Below are positions 9,851 to 21,872 of a DNA stretch of 64,000 bases, in pieces (the first letter of the stretch is position 1; every line of letters starts with the position of its first letter). Both the position numbers and the translations under genes were made by a program. This DNA is from an uncultured Legionellaceae bacterium. Its GTDB lineage: Bacteria; Pseudomonadota; Gammaproteobacteria; UBA6186; Azoamicaceae. The notes beneath the pieces were generated by a model. That model saw only the letters and a list, made by a program, of their open reading frames with translations. It did not search any database and had not been told where the DNA came from. The stretch is taken from the NCBI GenBank assembly GCA_964351705.1, contig CAYGPC010000002.1, positions 46,602-110,601 on the forward strand, read 5' to 3'.

Positions 9851-10909
9851 ATGAGCGATTTATACGAAGCAATTGAAAAAGGTGATAAAGGTAAGATTAT
9901 AGCACTGATTGCTTCAGGAGAGATTGATGCTATTTTAGCAGAAAATAAAGAATTGCCATCTGATTTTGTCGCTAGGTTAGAGCAAAATGAGGATTGGGTA
10001 TCTGCTTATGGATACGAATCATCGGATGGTGGACATATGCTGCATTTACTGATGCAAGCTGAAAGAGAAGCCAAAGAAAATGCTAAAAAGAAAGCTGCGC
10101 CGTTATGGGAATCAATTGAAAAAGATTTTACAGAACAGGCTTTAGAGTTAATTCGATTAAGAAAAGAAGATCTCAATATAGGTAAAAGTATAAATCATGA
10201 GACGCCATTAATGTTAGCTGCTGAAAAAGGGAAAATAAATATCATGAAAGCACTTATTGATGCTGGAGTTGATGTGAATAGAAAAGTAACTCTTTCACCA
10301 GTGCATGCGGATCCTCGCAATGATTTAACTGCTTTACATCTAGCTGCTGAAAGCGGTGAAATTGATGCTATTCAAGTACTCATTGATGCTGAGGCTGATC
10401 CAAATAAAGCTCGTTATGATGGTATGACGTCGTTAATGCTGATTATTGAGCGTATTAATTTCGTTGTGGAGTACATGCTTTTATCTGAGCAAGAGCAGCG
10501 TCGATGTTATTGGTTTAAAAAAAATGCTTTTACTATAAACCAATATGAAAATATTATTGAGAGGCTTATCAATAGTGGCGCTGATGTAACACTGAAAGAT
10601 AAGTCTGACAAGACGGTGCTAGATCATGTTTCATTTATTCAGGAGCTGAATTCATTTGGTTTACAAGATGGTAGTCTTTTTAAAGCGTGCGAAAATATAT
10701 ACAATATTCTCAATAGCGCACTTTCAACTACAAAAGAGAGCAAAGAAAAAAGTGCTGTTGAGAGTCAAGGTTTTACTAGCTTTAGTCCAATTTACTCAGG
10801 CATGAAACGCAGCCCATCTCCATTAACGATTTCTGTTGATAAACGGCAAAAGACTAGGGCTGTGCGTCAAGAAAAGCAAAGTGAAGGCACAAGTCTTCGG
10901 AAATTGTAG
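9851..10909 (+). CDS. Ankyrin-repeat protein (eukaryote-like; candidate secreted effector)
   Basis: ANK repeats are visible: HETPLMLAAEKGKINIMKALIDAGVDVN, LTALHLAAESGEIDAIQVLIDAEADPN and a third around INSGADVTLKDKSDKTVLDH. The C-terminal tail is polar and S/K-rich. Confidence 0.85.
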   Translation: MSDLYEAIEKGDKGKIIALIASGEIDAILAENKELPSDFVARLEQNEDWVSAYGYESSDGGHMLHLLMQAEREAKENAKKKAAPLWESIEKDFTEQALELIRLRKEDLNIGKSINHETPLMLAAEKGKINIMKALIDAGVDVNRKVTLSPVHADPRNDLTALHLAAESGEIDAIQVLIDAEADPNKARYDGMTSLMLIIERINFVVEYMLLSEQEQRRCYWFKKNAFTINQYENIIERLINSGADVTLKDKSDKTVLDHVSFIQELNSFGLQDGSLFKACENIYNILNSALSTTKESKEKSAVESQGFTSFSPIYSGMKRSPSPLTISVDKRQKTRAVRQEKQSEGTSLRKL

Positions 10910-11096
10910 GACACACTTGTTGCGTCGTATCGAATCGTTTGATGTCTTAATGGAAGATCTAAATATAGGTTCATCTTTTGAAGGTTTTGCCATTGAAAAA
11001 ATATTGAAAGGACTAGAAGCTACTAATTGACAGCCTCACTATTATCGAACACGAAATGGTGCTGAGATTGATTTAATGCTAGAGGGTACGGGTTAA
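10906..11096 (+). pseudogene. Relic of a DUF4143/AAA-ATPase (COG1373-like) gene, C-terminal part with an in-frame stop
   Basis: One frame reads RTHLLRRIESFDVLMEDLNIGSSFEGFAIEKILKGLEATN*QPHYYRTRNGAEIDLMLEGTG*. This resembles the C-terminus of DUF4143 ATPases (..G..wEGfviE....yfwRt..GaEvDlvle). The roughly 300 N-terminal residues are absent. Confidence 0.4.
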
Positions 11097-11656
11097 TTTT
11101 TGTGCCGTTTTTCAATCGACAGCATTTTAGGTAATCGATATAATACATGCTTTTTTAAAGGGCTATGGCCGTCTACATTGGGATGATTAAAGTCGTCTTT
11201 TGAATTGTGCTGCAAACCAATTTTTTCCATGACGCGTCTAGACTTTGTATTGCCTGTTGGTGTGAATGATACGATTTCAGGGATGTTACATTCACTAAAT
11301 GCGTAGTTGAGAACAGCCTGTGCTCCTTCTGTTGCGAAACCTTGCCCCCAATGTTTAGAGGCTAAACGCCAACCAATTTCTGTGGCTGGGGTAAAGTGAG
11401 CAGTAAAAGTTGCCGTTAGAAGCCCTATGAATCCTATGAATTCATTAGTGTCTTTTCTAAAAGTGGCATATAGAGAGTAACCATATTGATCAAAATGCTT
11501 TCGCATTTTGCCGATGAAATGTTGAGTAGATTCTAAATCCTGCAAGCTGGGAAAATATTGCATTACTTTAGGGTCTTGATTAATTTTATACATAGGAGGT
11601 AAGTCAGCATCAGACCAGGTACGTAGATATAAGCGTTCGGTTTCCAGGATATCCAT
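11093..11656 (-). CDS. GNAT-family N-acetyltransferase (RimJ/RimL-like)
   Basis: N-terminus ETERLYLRTW, acetyl-CoA motif HWGQGFATEG and the overall GNAT layout. Confidence 0.85.
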   Translation of the reverse strand: MDILETERLYLRTWSDADLPPMYKINQDPKVMQYFPSLQDLESTQHFIGKMRKHFDQYGYSLYATFRKDTNEFIGFIGLLTATFTAHFTPATEIGWRLASKHWGQGFATEGAQAVLNYAFSECNIPEIVSFTPTGNTKSRRVMEKIGLQHNSKDDFNHPNVDGHSPLKKHVLYRLPKMLSIEKRHKN

Positions 11657-11657
11657 A

Positions 11658-12935
11658 CTAGGCGATATTTTTAGCTGGCAGATCTCTTGCCTCAGTAGGC
11701 TCTGAACTGGGCTGATAAGAGGACGTTAAGCCTAAAGCCAGAAAAGCGGATAAAGCAGCAACGGATACATATAGGCCTAATCCTATTTGACCATAATGGT
11801 GCATTAGTGTTTCTGCAGTAAGCAGTGCCGTTCCACCGAAAATGGCAGCGGTTGTGTTCCAAGCGAAGGATTTTCCTCGGTAACGGATTTCAGGTGGGAA
11901 CTTTCTTAGTAATAAAGTCATCATTGGTGCGGTTATCATTCCGTTTAAAAAAGCATAGAAGAGTTGACCAATCATACTGAGGGCTATTTCACCAGATTGT
12001 GCGCACGCTAAAATGATTGGGCCCAGAAAGATGGCGAGACCTAATCCCATTAAACATAATTTTTTTCCATTCAGCTGATCGGCGATAGAACCAAAAGCAA
12101 GAATGAGCAACGCAGTGAGCAATTGACCTGCTGTTACAATCTGAGCAGCAAGATGAGGTGTCAGTCCACCAATATTAACACATAAGGTTTTGTAATAAAT
12201 ATTTCCGATATAAACATAAGTCGAAACAAAAAATGCCATGGCTGCAGTACACAGTAAGGCTATGAGGTTTTCTCTGGTGGAAAAAAGCGTATTGAGCGGG
12301 GTAGATTTTGTTTTTGTTTGCAGGAAGGCAGGCGTTTCTGTCACATTTTTTCTAAGATAGATGGCAACAATGCTGAGCACGCCACTGCAGAGAAAGGGAA
12401 TGCGCCAGGAAAAATCGGGTGCATTAGGTAAAGAGACAAGTGTTGCGGCAAATGCTCCGACACTCATGCCAGCAGCGGCAGCAAAAGACGTAAAACTACC
12501 AGAAAAGAATGGACGATCATTATTATGCTCAAAAATAAAGACCGCGGATCCGCTGAACTCACCAGCAACAGCAATGCCTTGCAGTAGACGGCACAAGATC
12601 AGAAAAATAGGGGCGAGCGCCCCAATGTACTGATGGGTGGGTAACAAACCAATAGTCGTAGTGGCAATAGACATGAGCACCATGGAAGCAATTAAGGCGG
12701 GTTTGCGTCCAACTTTGTCACCAATAGTTCCGAAGATAAGGGCTCCGACTGGACGCATAAAATAACTTGCGCCAAAGATGCCATAGGTTTTTAGGCGTGC
12801 AAGATCAGGATTCTCGATTGGGAAAAAAAGAGTAGAAAGGTGATCGGCCATATAAGCAAAAAACGTGTACTCTGCCCACTCGAGTATGGTGCCGAGAGTA
12901 GTTGGAATAATGCTTCGAAGATTTAATGTTGACAT
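11658..12935 (-). CDS. MFS transporter (metabolite:H+ symporter/ProP-like family)
   Basis: 425 aa, 12 TM-like segments, MFS signature GTIGDKVGRKP. Confidence 0.85.
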   Translation of the reverse strand: MSTLNLRSIIPTTLGTILEWAEYTFFAYMADHLSTLFFPIENPDLARLKTYGIFGASYFMRPVGALIFGTIGDKVGRKPALIASMVLMSIATTTIGLLPTHQYIGALAPIFLILCRLLQGIAVAGEFSGSAVFIFEHNNDRPFFSGSFTSFAAAAGMSVGAFAATLVSLPNAPDFSWRIPFLCSGVLSIVAIYLRKNVTETPAFLQTKTKSTPLNTLFSTRENLIALLCTAAMAFFVSTYVYIGNIYYKTLCVNIGGLTPHLAAQIVTAGQLLTALLILAFGSIADQLNGKKLCLMGLGLAIFLGPIILACAQSGEIALSMIGQLFYAFLNGMITAPMMTLLLRKFPPEIRYRGKSFAWNTTAAIFGGTALLTAETLMHHYGQIGLGLYVSVAALSAFLALGLTSSYQPSSEPTEARDLPAKNIA

Positions 12936-13234
12936 GAGAGCTCCAGTTATTAAACTTGACTTCGATCCATTACACTGTATGTAAGAACGGCAACTTTCAT
13001 TGCTATTCTAATCTTCTGCTGAGTCAGATCGCAAGAGACTTTGACTGAAATTTGTATAGGCCTTGAATAACTAGACTTCCAACAAAGTAAATCTGCACTT
13101 TTACTGTAGAAATAGGATGTTTTTAGGGCGAAGATGCTATCTTTAAAGGTATACTGTTATGCGCGCATGGACAAAGTGAAGAAGGCTCAAGTATGCTTAG
13201 TGTTTGAGGTTAAGCCAGATCCCAAGAGTAAGTT

Positions 13235-14056
13235 ATGAATCAAAATATGGACAATTTGGTAGAGATACATGACTTGCATTTTAGTCGTCATGCACACGTG
13301 GTTTTTCAAGGTGCTACTGTCTTGGTGCCGCGTGGTAAAGTGACGGCGGTGATGGGTCCTAGTGGTTCAGGTAAGACGACCCTATTGCGTTTGATTGGGG
13401 GACAAATATTACCTGACTCGGGTACTGTGAAAGTGGAGGGCCAATCGATTCCGGACTTGTCACGTACGGAGTTGTATGAGGTGCGGCGCAAAATGGGCAT
13501 GCTGTTTCAGAGCGGTGCGTTGTTTTCAGATCTTTCAGTTTTTGAAAATGTCGCTTTCCCCTTAAGAGAACACACAGATTTACCAGAAGAAATGATTCGT
13601 GATGTGGTATTAATGAAACTACAGGCTGTTGGTTTGCGTGGTGCAAGGGAGTTAATGCCGGCTGAATTGTCTGGCGGAATGAATCGGCGTGTTGCGTTGG
13701 CTCGAACGTTAGCTTTGGATCCCTCACTCATCATGTTTGATGAGCCATTTGCTGGACAAGATCCTATTTCGATGGGGGTATTAGTTGAGCTGATACGTTC
13801 TTTAAATAAGGCGCTACAGATGACAACAATCATCGTTTCTCACGACGTGAAAGAAACGGTCAGTATTGCAGATTATATCTATATCATTGCCAATGGACGT
13901 GTGGTGGGCTCAGGTACACCTGAAACATTGATGACGAGTAAAGCACCTTGGGTGCAACAGTTTATGCAAGGTTTGCCAGATGGTCCAGTACCTTTCCATT
14001 ACCCTGCAGAGGATTACAGTCACGATCTGCTAGGAGATGAAACGTGTTTGCAATAG
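13235..14056 (+). CDS. mlaF: Phospholipid ABC transporter ATP-binding protein MlaF
   Basis: Walker [10 protein letters not shown], signature [13 protein letters not shown] and Walker B IMFDEP. The gene is followed by mlaEDCB. Confidence 0.9.
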   Translation: MNQNMDNLVEIHDLHFSRHAHVVFQGATVLVPRGKVTAVMGPSGSGKTTLLRLIGGQILPDSGTVKVEGQSIPDLSRTELYEVRRKMGMLFQSGALFSDLSVFENVAFPLREHTDLPEEMIRDVVLMKLQAVGLRGARELMPAELSGGMNRRVALARTLALDPSLIMFDEPFAGQDPISMGVLVELIRSLNKALQMTTIIVSHDVKETVSIADYIYIIANGRVVGSGTPETLMTSKAPWVQQFMQGLPDGPVPFHYPAEDYSHDLLGDETCLQ

Positions 14057-14832
14057 AGCGACTTCAAATGATTGGTCATTACGGGTTGTGTTTTTTGCAA
14101 GATATTGGGCGTGCTTCATTGATTTTGTATCACGCATTAGTTTGCCGTTTTGATTGGGCGCGTGGTTCGTATCGCTTAATTCAACAGTTATATTTTGTGG
14201 GCGTCTTATCTCTATTGATTATTGTGCTTTCCGCACTTTTTATCGGTATGGTGCTTGGACTACAAGGGTATACCATATTGGTTAAATTTGGTGCTGAACA
14301 CGCTTTAGGGCAGTTGATTGCTTTAAGTTTGGTTCGAGAATTAGGACCTGTAGTCGCTGCCTTATTGTTTGCAGGGCGTGCGGGATCAGCTCTTACTGCT
14401 GAAATTGGTTTGATGAAAACTACCGAGCAGCTGTCTTCCATGGAAATGATGGGGATTGATCCACTGCACCGTATTGTTGCTCCTAGGTTTTGGGCAGGAC
14501 AAATTTCAATGCCAATACTTGCCTTGATTTTCAATTGTGTAGCTGTTTTAGGTGGTTACATGGTTGGAGTGGATTGGTTGGGTGTTGACGACGGGGCTTT
14601 TTGGGCAAACATGCAATCTGCGGTTGATTTTCGAACTGATGTCATCAATGGTATTATTAAAAGCGTTGTTTTTGGAACAATAATTACTTGGATAGCAGTT
14701 TATCAAGGGATCAGTTGTGCGCCCACGTCCGAAGGTATTGGTCGTTCAACCACTCGAACCGTCGTTTATGCCTCACTTGCTGTGCTAGGGATGGACTTTT
14801 TTCTAACAGCCGTAATGTTTGGAGAAACTTAA
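14044..14832 (+). CDS. mlaE: Phospholipid ABC transporter permease MlaE
   Basis: Polytopic membrane protein with [25 protein letters not shown], typical of the MlaE/Ttg2B family. Confidence 0.9.
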   Translation: MFAIERLQMIGHYGLCFLQDIGRASLILYHALVCRFDWARGSYRLIQQLYFVGVLSLLIIVLSALFIGMVLGLQGYTILVKFGAEHALGQLIALSLVRELGPVVAALLFAGRAGSALTAEIGLMKTTEQLSSMEMMGIDPLHRIVAPRFWAGQISMPILALIFNCVAVLGGYMVGVDWLGVDDGAFWANMQSAVDFRTDVINGIIKSVVFGTIITWIAVYQGISCAPTSEGIGRSTTRTVVYASLAVLGMDFFLTAVMFGET

Positions 14833-15308
14833 TGATGAAGATGAGAACGGTTGAGATAACCGTTGGGATGTTTATTGTTGCTGGCATTGTCTCTTTGTTG
14901 ATGCTGTCATTGCAAGTCAGTGGCTTGGGGCATTTTTTTCGCGATGAACCTGGGTATCAGATTAAAGCAGAGTTTAGCAACATTGGTGGTCTTAAAGTGC
15001 GCGCAAAAGTTTCTCTGGCAGGTGTGATGATTGGTCGAGTGGTCAAAATAAAATTAGAACCACATACTTTCAATGCACGTGTTTGGCTGGCAATTGATCC
15101 TAACCGCGTCACACAATTACCAGAGGATTCTCGGGCGAGCATTTTGACTGCGGGATTATTAGGGGATAATTATATTAGTATCACACCTGGGTTTAGCGAA
15201 GACACATTTTTAAAAGAAGGTGATATTATTCCAGCAAGCAACACGGATTCGGCTGTGATTTTAGAACAATTAATTTCTAAATTTATCGCTGGGCAGGGTG
15301 CCGGTTAA
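14832..15308 (+). CDS. mlaD: Outer-membrane lipid asymmetry protein MlaD (MCE domain)
   Basis: N-terminal TM segment followed by the MCE domain. ATG 14832 overlaps the mlaE TAA (TAATG). The upstream extension in the ORF track lies inside mlaE. Confidence 0.88.
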   Translation: MMKMRTVEITVGMFIVAGIVSLLMLSLQVSGLGHFFRDEPGYQIKAEFSNIGGLKVRAKVSLAGVMIGRVVKIKLEPHTFNARVWLAIDPNRVTQLPEDSRASILTAGLLGDNYISITPGFSEDTFLKEGDIIPASNTDSAVILEQLISKFIAGQGAG

Positions 15309-15325
15309 ATAAAAAGGACAGTGAA

Positions 15326-15974
15326 ATGAAACAGTTTTTTAACATGAAGAAAGTAGTTGCTTTTGTGGTAGCCGTATTTTTTGCATTGAATGCAGGGTGC
15401 GTCTTCTCCTTAGAAGAACCTGTTTCAATGCTCAAGACGGTCACTGGAGAAATCATGACTAAATTGAGGGAAAATCAGGAAGATATTAAATTACACCCTA
15501 AAAAATTGTATGCGACAGTTGAACATATTGCTATTCCCCATGTTGATTTTGTAGAGATGGGGCGTTGGGTTGTTGGACGAAATGCATGGCGTTCAGCAAG
15601 TGATGCAACCAAAGATGGTTTTATTCATGAGTTTAAAATATTGGTAGTGCGCAGTTATGCACGATCACTTCTAGAATATTTGAATTATGAAATAGAGTTT
15701 TTGCCTATGCGAGATTCGGTTGATGATAAAAAACGTATTGAAGTGTTGAGCCTATTGAAAGGTGAAGGCCGCTCGCTGAAGATGAACTATCGATTGATTG
15801 ACAGTAAAGATCGTTGGCGTGTTTTTGATATTATTTTGGAGAATGTTAGTTTGGTTCAAGGCTATCGAGCACAGTTTGCTAACGATATTCAGCGTGGGGG
15901 TTTGAAAACGGTTGTAGAAACGGTACGCAAGAAGAATGAAGCATTTGATTTGGATCATGGGGACGAGCATAAAC

Positions 15975-15982
<8 letters not shown>
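15326..15982 (+). CDS. mlaC: Periplasmic phospholipid-binding protein MlaC (Ttg2D family)
   Basis: Signal peptide, operon position and Ttg2D-like motifs (FDFxEMxRWVxG). Confidence 0.85.
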
Positions 15983-18281
<2,299 letters not shown>

Positions 18282-18291
<10 letters not shown>

Positions 18292-18770
18292 AGGACTTGT
18301 TTGCTCAAAGACAAGCGTATTATCAACTTTTAGACGCGGCTGGCATTCGTTATTGGTTGTCACGTCACAATGAGGAAACGTTATTTAAATCGCGGACGCC
18401 TTTATTTTGTGCAACTTGTCTAGTGATCTTACCTAATGCTCCCAGCGCATTGAGCGTAAAAGAAGAAAAAATGCTTTCTGGTATGTTAGAAGTATTGTCA
18501 TTAGATCATTCTCAACTGTGTGTCGCTTGGATGGGAGACTCTGAACCCACTCCACAGGCGCTACAGGATGAATTGTTGAAGTGGGCTCCACAAACAGTAT
18601 TATTGCTTGGAAAAGCGCATTTTACGCCTTTGTTTGAAAAGAAAATTCCAGAAACCGTTCAGCTAACCTATCATCCAACGGAATTACAGGCTGAACCGTC
18701 TCGTAGAAGTCAGGCCTATCAAGCTTTATTATCTTTGAAAAAACAAATAGCGTCTTTGCAGATCCTATGA
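18282..18770 (+). CDS. DNA polymerase III psi-subunit-like protein (HolD-like)
   Basis: The gene sits immediately upstream of, and overlaps, rimI, as holD does in E. coli. The N-terminus RQAYYQLLDAAGIRYWLSR resembles the psi N-terminus. The start is uncertain (GTG 18282 or TTG 18297). Confidence 0.45.
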
Positions 18771-19213
18771 TTACTTTACGAAGAATGTTGGAACGGGATG
18801 TGGAAGAGGTTACTCAGATAGAAGGATCTGTAGTAGAGTTTCCTTGGTCGTACGGGATTTTTAGAGATTGCATTAAAGTGGGCTACGATTGCTGGGTGTT
18901 TGAGGATCAAGATGAAATCATAGGTTATGGCTTGCTTTCAATAGGTGCTGGTGAGGCACATATTTTGAACATATGTATTAGACCTGATAGGCAGCGTAAC
19001 GGTTTAGGCACACGTATGATGAAGCACTTAATGCAAAGAGCGGATGAATTGAAAGCACAGTCTGTTTATCTTGAGGTTCGTGCTTCAAATAAAGGCGCTT
19101 TTGATCTCTATCAAGATATTGGGTTTTCGGTGATTGGACGACGCAAAGATTATTACCCGCATAAAAATGGTCGAGAAGATGCTATTGTCTTAGAATTGTG
19201 CTTTAGATCTTAG
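18767..19213 (+). CDS. rimI: Ribosomal-protein-alanine N-acetyltransferase
   Basis: GNAT fold with [11 protein letters not shown]. The size and context match rimI. Confidence 0.85.
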   Translation: MITLRRMLERDVEEVTQIEGSVVEFPWSYGIFRDCIKVGYDCWVFEDQDEIIGYGLLSIGAGEAHILNICIRPDRQRNGLGTRMMKHLMQRADELKAQSVYLEVRASNKGAFDLYQDIGFSVIGRRKDYYPHKNGREDAIVLELCFRS

Positions 19214-20147
19214 TTGAACAGAGTGATGCTTGTTCATCTGCGTGATACGATGATCGAACGAGAGGACCGCTTGCTACATTTTTAAAACCGATGGATTGGG
19301 CATAGGCGCCAAGATCATCGAAGACTTCTGGTCTTGCAAATCGATTAACCGGTGCGTGAAACTTAGTAGGTTGTAAGTACTGACCGAGTGTTAGCATATC
19401 ACAGTCGTGTTTTCTTAGATCCTTTAAAACCTCTTTGATTTCATCATCAGTTTCCCCTAAACCTAACATTAAGCCAGATTTCGTTGGTATTTTAGGGAAC
19501 AGTGCTTTGAACTCTTGGATTAACTTTAAAGACCAAGCGTAATCAGATCCGGGACGAATAGCTTTGTATAGGCGTGGAACGGATTCGACATTGTGATTGA
19601 ATACATCAGGAGGCGCTACGCTTAAATTCTCGAGTGCTTTTTCCATTCGGCCACGAAAGTCAGGGACAAGGATCTCAATGCGGATCTGTGGATTTAAAGA
19701 ACGTATAGCTTGAATACACTCAGCAAAATGTGACGCGCCACCATCACGTAAATCGTCTCGATCAACAGAGGTAATCACAACATACTTAAGCTGCATGGAT
19801 TGAATCGCTTTTGCTAGACGCATAGGCTCATGAGCATCCAGGGGATCAGGTCTGCCGTGTCCAACATCACAAAAAGTACAGCGGCGTGTGCACTTATCTC
19901 CCATGATCATAAAGGTTGCAGTGCCATGGCTAAAGCATTCATTTAAATTTGGACAGGAAGCTTCTTCACAAACAGTATGGAGTTTGTGTTCACGCAGCAA
20001 TTGCTTAAGATCAGAGACGATTGGATTATGGGTTGCTTTGATTCGGATCCAATCCGGTTTTGCAAGAGGTGTAGAGGGCTCAATTTTAATAGGGATCCGT
20101 GCGAGCTTCGCTTGACCTTTCTGTTTCTCATACGGGTTTATTGTCAT
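19203..20147 (-). CDS. lipA: Lipoyl synthase
   Basis: Radical-SAM motif [10 protein letters not shown] plus the N-terminal cluster [12 protein letters not shown]. Confidence 0.97.
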   Translation of the reverse strand: MTINPYEKQKGQAKLARIPIKIEPSTPLAKPDWIRIKATHNPIVSDLKQLLREHKLHTVCEEASCPNLNECFSHGTATFMIMGDKCTRRCTFCDVGHGRPDPLDAHEPMRLAKAIQSMQLKYVVITSVDRDDLRDGGASHFAECIQAIRSLNPQIRIEILVPDFRGRMEKALENLSVAPPDVFNHNVESVPRLYKAIRPGSDYAWSLKLIQEFKALFPKIPTKSGLMLGLGETDDEIKEVLKDLRKHDCDMLTLGQYLQPTKFHAPVNRFARPEVFDDLGAYAQSIGFKNVASGPLVRSSYHADEQASLCSTKI

Positions 20148-20167
20148 GAATAGATCACCTTGGTTGC

Positions 20168-20788
20168 TTATGAGACAGTATAACCCAAATTATGAGCCAT
20201 ATGACTTATTAATTTAGATAAAACAGCTGTTTTGTCTATTTTACCATCAAAATCTTTTAATTGGGTAACTGGTAAGTTGGGATAGCCACAGGGATTGATA
20301 CGACTAAAAGGCTCCAAATTCATGTCGACATTCAAGCTAATACCGTGGTAACTACAGCCCTTGCGGATCTTTAAGCCAATAAAGGCAATCTTAGCCTTAT
20401 CTACGTAGATCCCAGGCGCGTTTGTACGTCTATGCCCCTCTACTCCAAAATCATCAAGTACAGCAAGGATGGCGTTCTCAAGTTGTTGTATGAGATTTTT
20501 GATACCGAGCTTTTTACGTTTTATATCGAGTAGCAAATAGACAATTAATTGCCCGGGACCGTGATAGGTCACCTGACCACCTCTATCGGCTTGCACCAAA
20601 GGAATATCTCCTGGGTTGAGCACGTGCTCTTCTTTGCCGGCTTGCCCTTGGGTGAATACCGGTAAATGTTCTACAACCCAAAATTCATCAACAGTTTGTT
20701 CATGGCGAGCATCCACAAATGTTCGCATTGATTGCCACGTGTCTTGGTAAGGCTGTAAGCCTAACTGTTGAACGATGAGACGATCCAT
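20168..20788 (-). CDS. lipB: Octanoyltransferase
   Basis: LipB motifs [13 protein letters not shown] and [10 protein letters not shown]. Confidence 0.93.
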   Translation of the reverse strand: MDRLIVQQLGLQPYQDTWQSMRTFVDARHEQTVDEFWVVEHLPVFTQGQAGKEEHVLNPGDIPLVQADRGGQVTYHGPGQLIVYLLLDIKRKKLGIKNLIQQLENAILAVLDDFGVEGHRRTNAPGIYVDKAKIAFIGLKIRKGCSYHGISLNVDMNLEPFSRINPCGYPNLPVTQLKDFDGKIDKTAVLSKLISHMAHNLGYTVS

Positions 20789-21049
20789 TTAGAGCACCAT
20801 AAGTATATGTGGTTCATCAGAAAGTGCTTGATAAAGATCATCCAGTTGTTTTTGACTTGTTGCAGTGAAAGTGGCAGTGATAGATAAGTACTTTCCTTGT
20901 TTACTTGGTTTTATAACAAGTGTATTTTCAGAAAGCTCAGGTATGTGTTCTGCCAGCACGCCGGTTGCGGTTGCTTTAAAAGTTCCCTCTGCAAGTCCCA
21001 TGACTTTAATGGGAAATTGGCAAGGAAAGCTTATTAGTTTCTTCTGCAT
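20789..21049 (-). CDS. ybeD: YbeD-family (DUF493) protein
   Basis: 86 aa with FPCQFPIKVMG, located between dacA/dat and lipB as in the enterobacterial ybeD position. Confidence 0.8.
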   Translation of the reverse strand: MQKKLISFPCQFPIKVMGLAEGTFKATATGVLAEHIPELSENTLVIKPSKQGKYLSITATFTATSQKQLDDLYQALSDEPHILMVL

Positions 21050-21872
21050 ACAGTTCCCATATTTTTTCCCACATTGGGCCGGATTGACCGTTGTTAATAA
21101 GTGTGTCGTTAAATTGAGTGACGGGGCGAATAAGACGAGTAGAACTGGTTATCCATATTTCATCCGCTTTGAGACAGTCACGCTCTGAAATCTTGGTTTC
21201 ACGATATGGAATATGGTGCTTTTCAGCAAGGGATAAGATGAGAGCGCGTGTGATACCACCTAGTAATAATGAAGATTTCGGTGGGGTAATGAGAACACCA
21301 TGTCTGACAATAAAAATATTGCTGGCCGTTCCTTCCGTAACAAAACCATTATTAATAATAATGCCTTCTTCACCTCCATTGGCTCTGGCTTCTTGATACA
21401 TCAAAATGTAAGCCATCCGGGAGCACGTTTTAATGTGTGAGTACTTCCATCGAATATCCGTAAGCCCGACTACTTTAATACCTTCAGAAAACATTTCCTT
21501 AGTAGGCCTTGGAAAAAAATAACTGTAGGCAAAGATAGTGGGCTGGGTAGTTGGAGTGATCCTTTGGTCGCGAATTGGTTCAGGGCCACGGCTGAATTGT
21601 ACATAGATGCATTGATCTTGCCCGCCGTTTTTATCAACTAAGGTTTGCAGAATAGTTTTCCATTCACTGTAACTGTAGGGTGAAGACATGTGTATTTCTT
21701 CTAGGCCCTGGGTAAGTCGATCCAGATGTGCATTTAAGCTGAAAGGTTTTCCATTATAGACGGGGATAACTTCATACAAACTGTCTCCGAACAAAAACCC
21801 ACGATCCATAGGAGAAATCTTGGCCTCATTGAGTGGAACAAACTGGCCATTCAAGAAAGCTAGGGTGTTCAT
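21006..21872 (-). CDS. Class IV aminotransferase, D-amino-acid transaminase-like
   Basis: RGFLFGDSLYEVIPVYNGKPF and the overall fold-type IV pattern. PabC cannot be excluded. Confidence 0.75.
   Translation of the reverse strand: MNTLAFLNGQFVPLNEAKISPMDRGFLFGDSLYEVIPVYNGKPFSLNAHLDRLTQGLEEIHMSSPYSYSEWKTILQTLVDKNGGQDQCIYVQFSRGPEPIRDQRITPTTQPTIFAYSYFFPRPTKEMFSEGIKVVGLTDIRWKYSHIKTCSRMAYILMYQEARANGGEEGIIINNGFVTEGTASNIFIVRHGVLITPPKSSLLLGGITRALILSLAEKHHIPYRETKISERDCLKADEIWITSSTRLIRPVTQFNDTLINNGQSGPMWEKIWELYAEETNKLSLPISH

Noticed and set aside
12936-13234. A 300-nt intergenic region between the MFS gene and mlaF, inspected for an RsmY/RsmZ-like CsrA-sequestering sRNA.
   Set aside because: It has only two or three scattered GGA motifs, none visibly in hairpin loops, and no terminator hairpin. 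The evidence is insufficient.
14688-14831. The long N-terminal extension of the mlaD ORF in the six-frame track. Similar extensions exist for uvrB (140), lysC (7930), rsfS (28620), leuS (32573), ybeY (40668), pilin copy 2 (55793), the epimerase (61144) and the SIS isomerase (61151).
   Set aside because: The extensions overlap the upstream genes or lack family-conserved N-termini. Internal starts with an SD sequence or translational coupling match the known protein N-termini.
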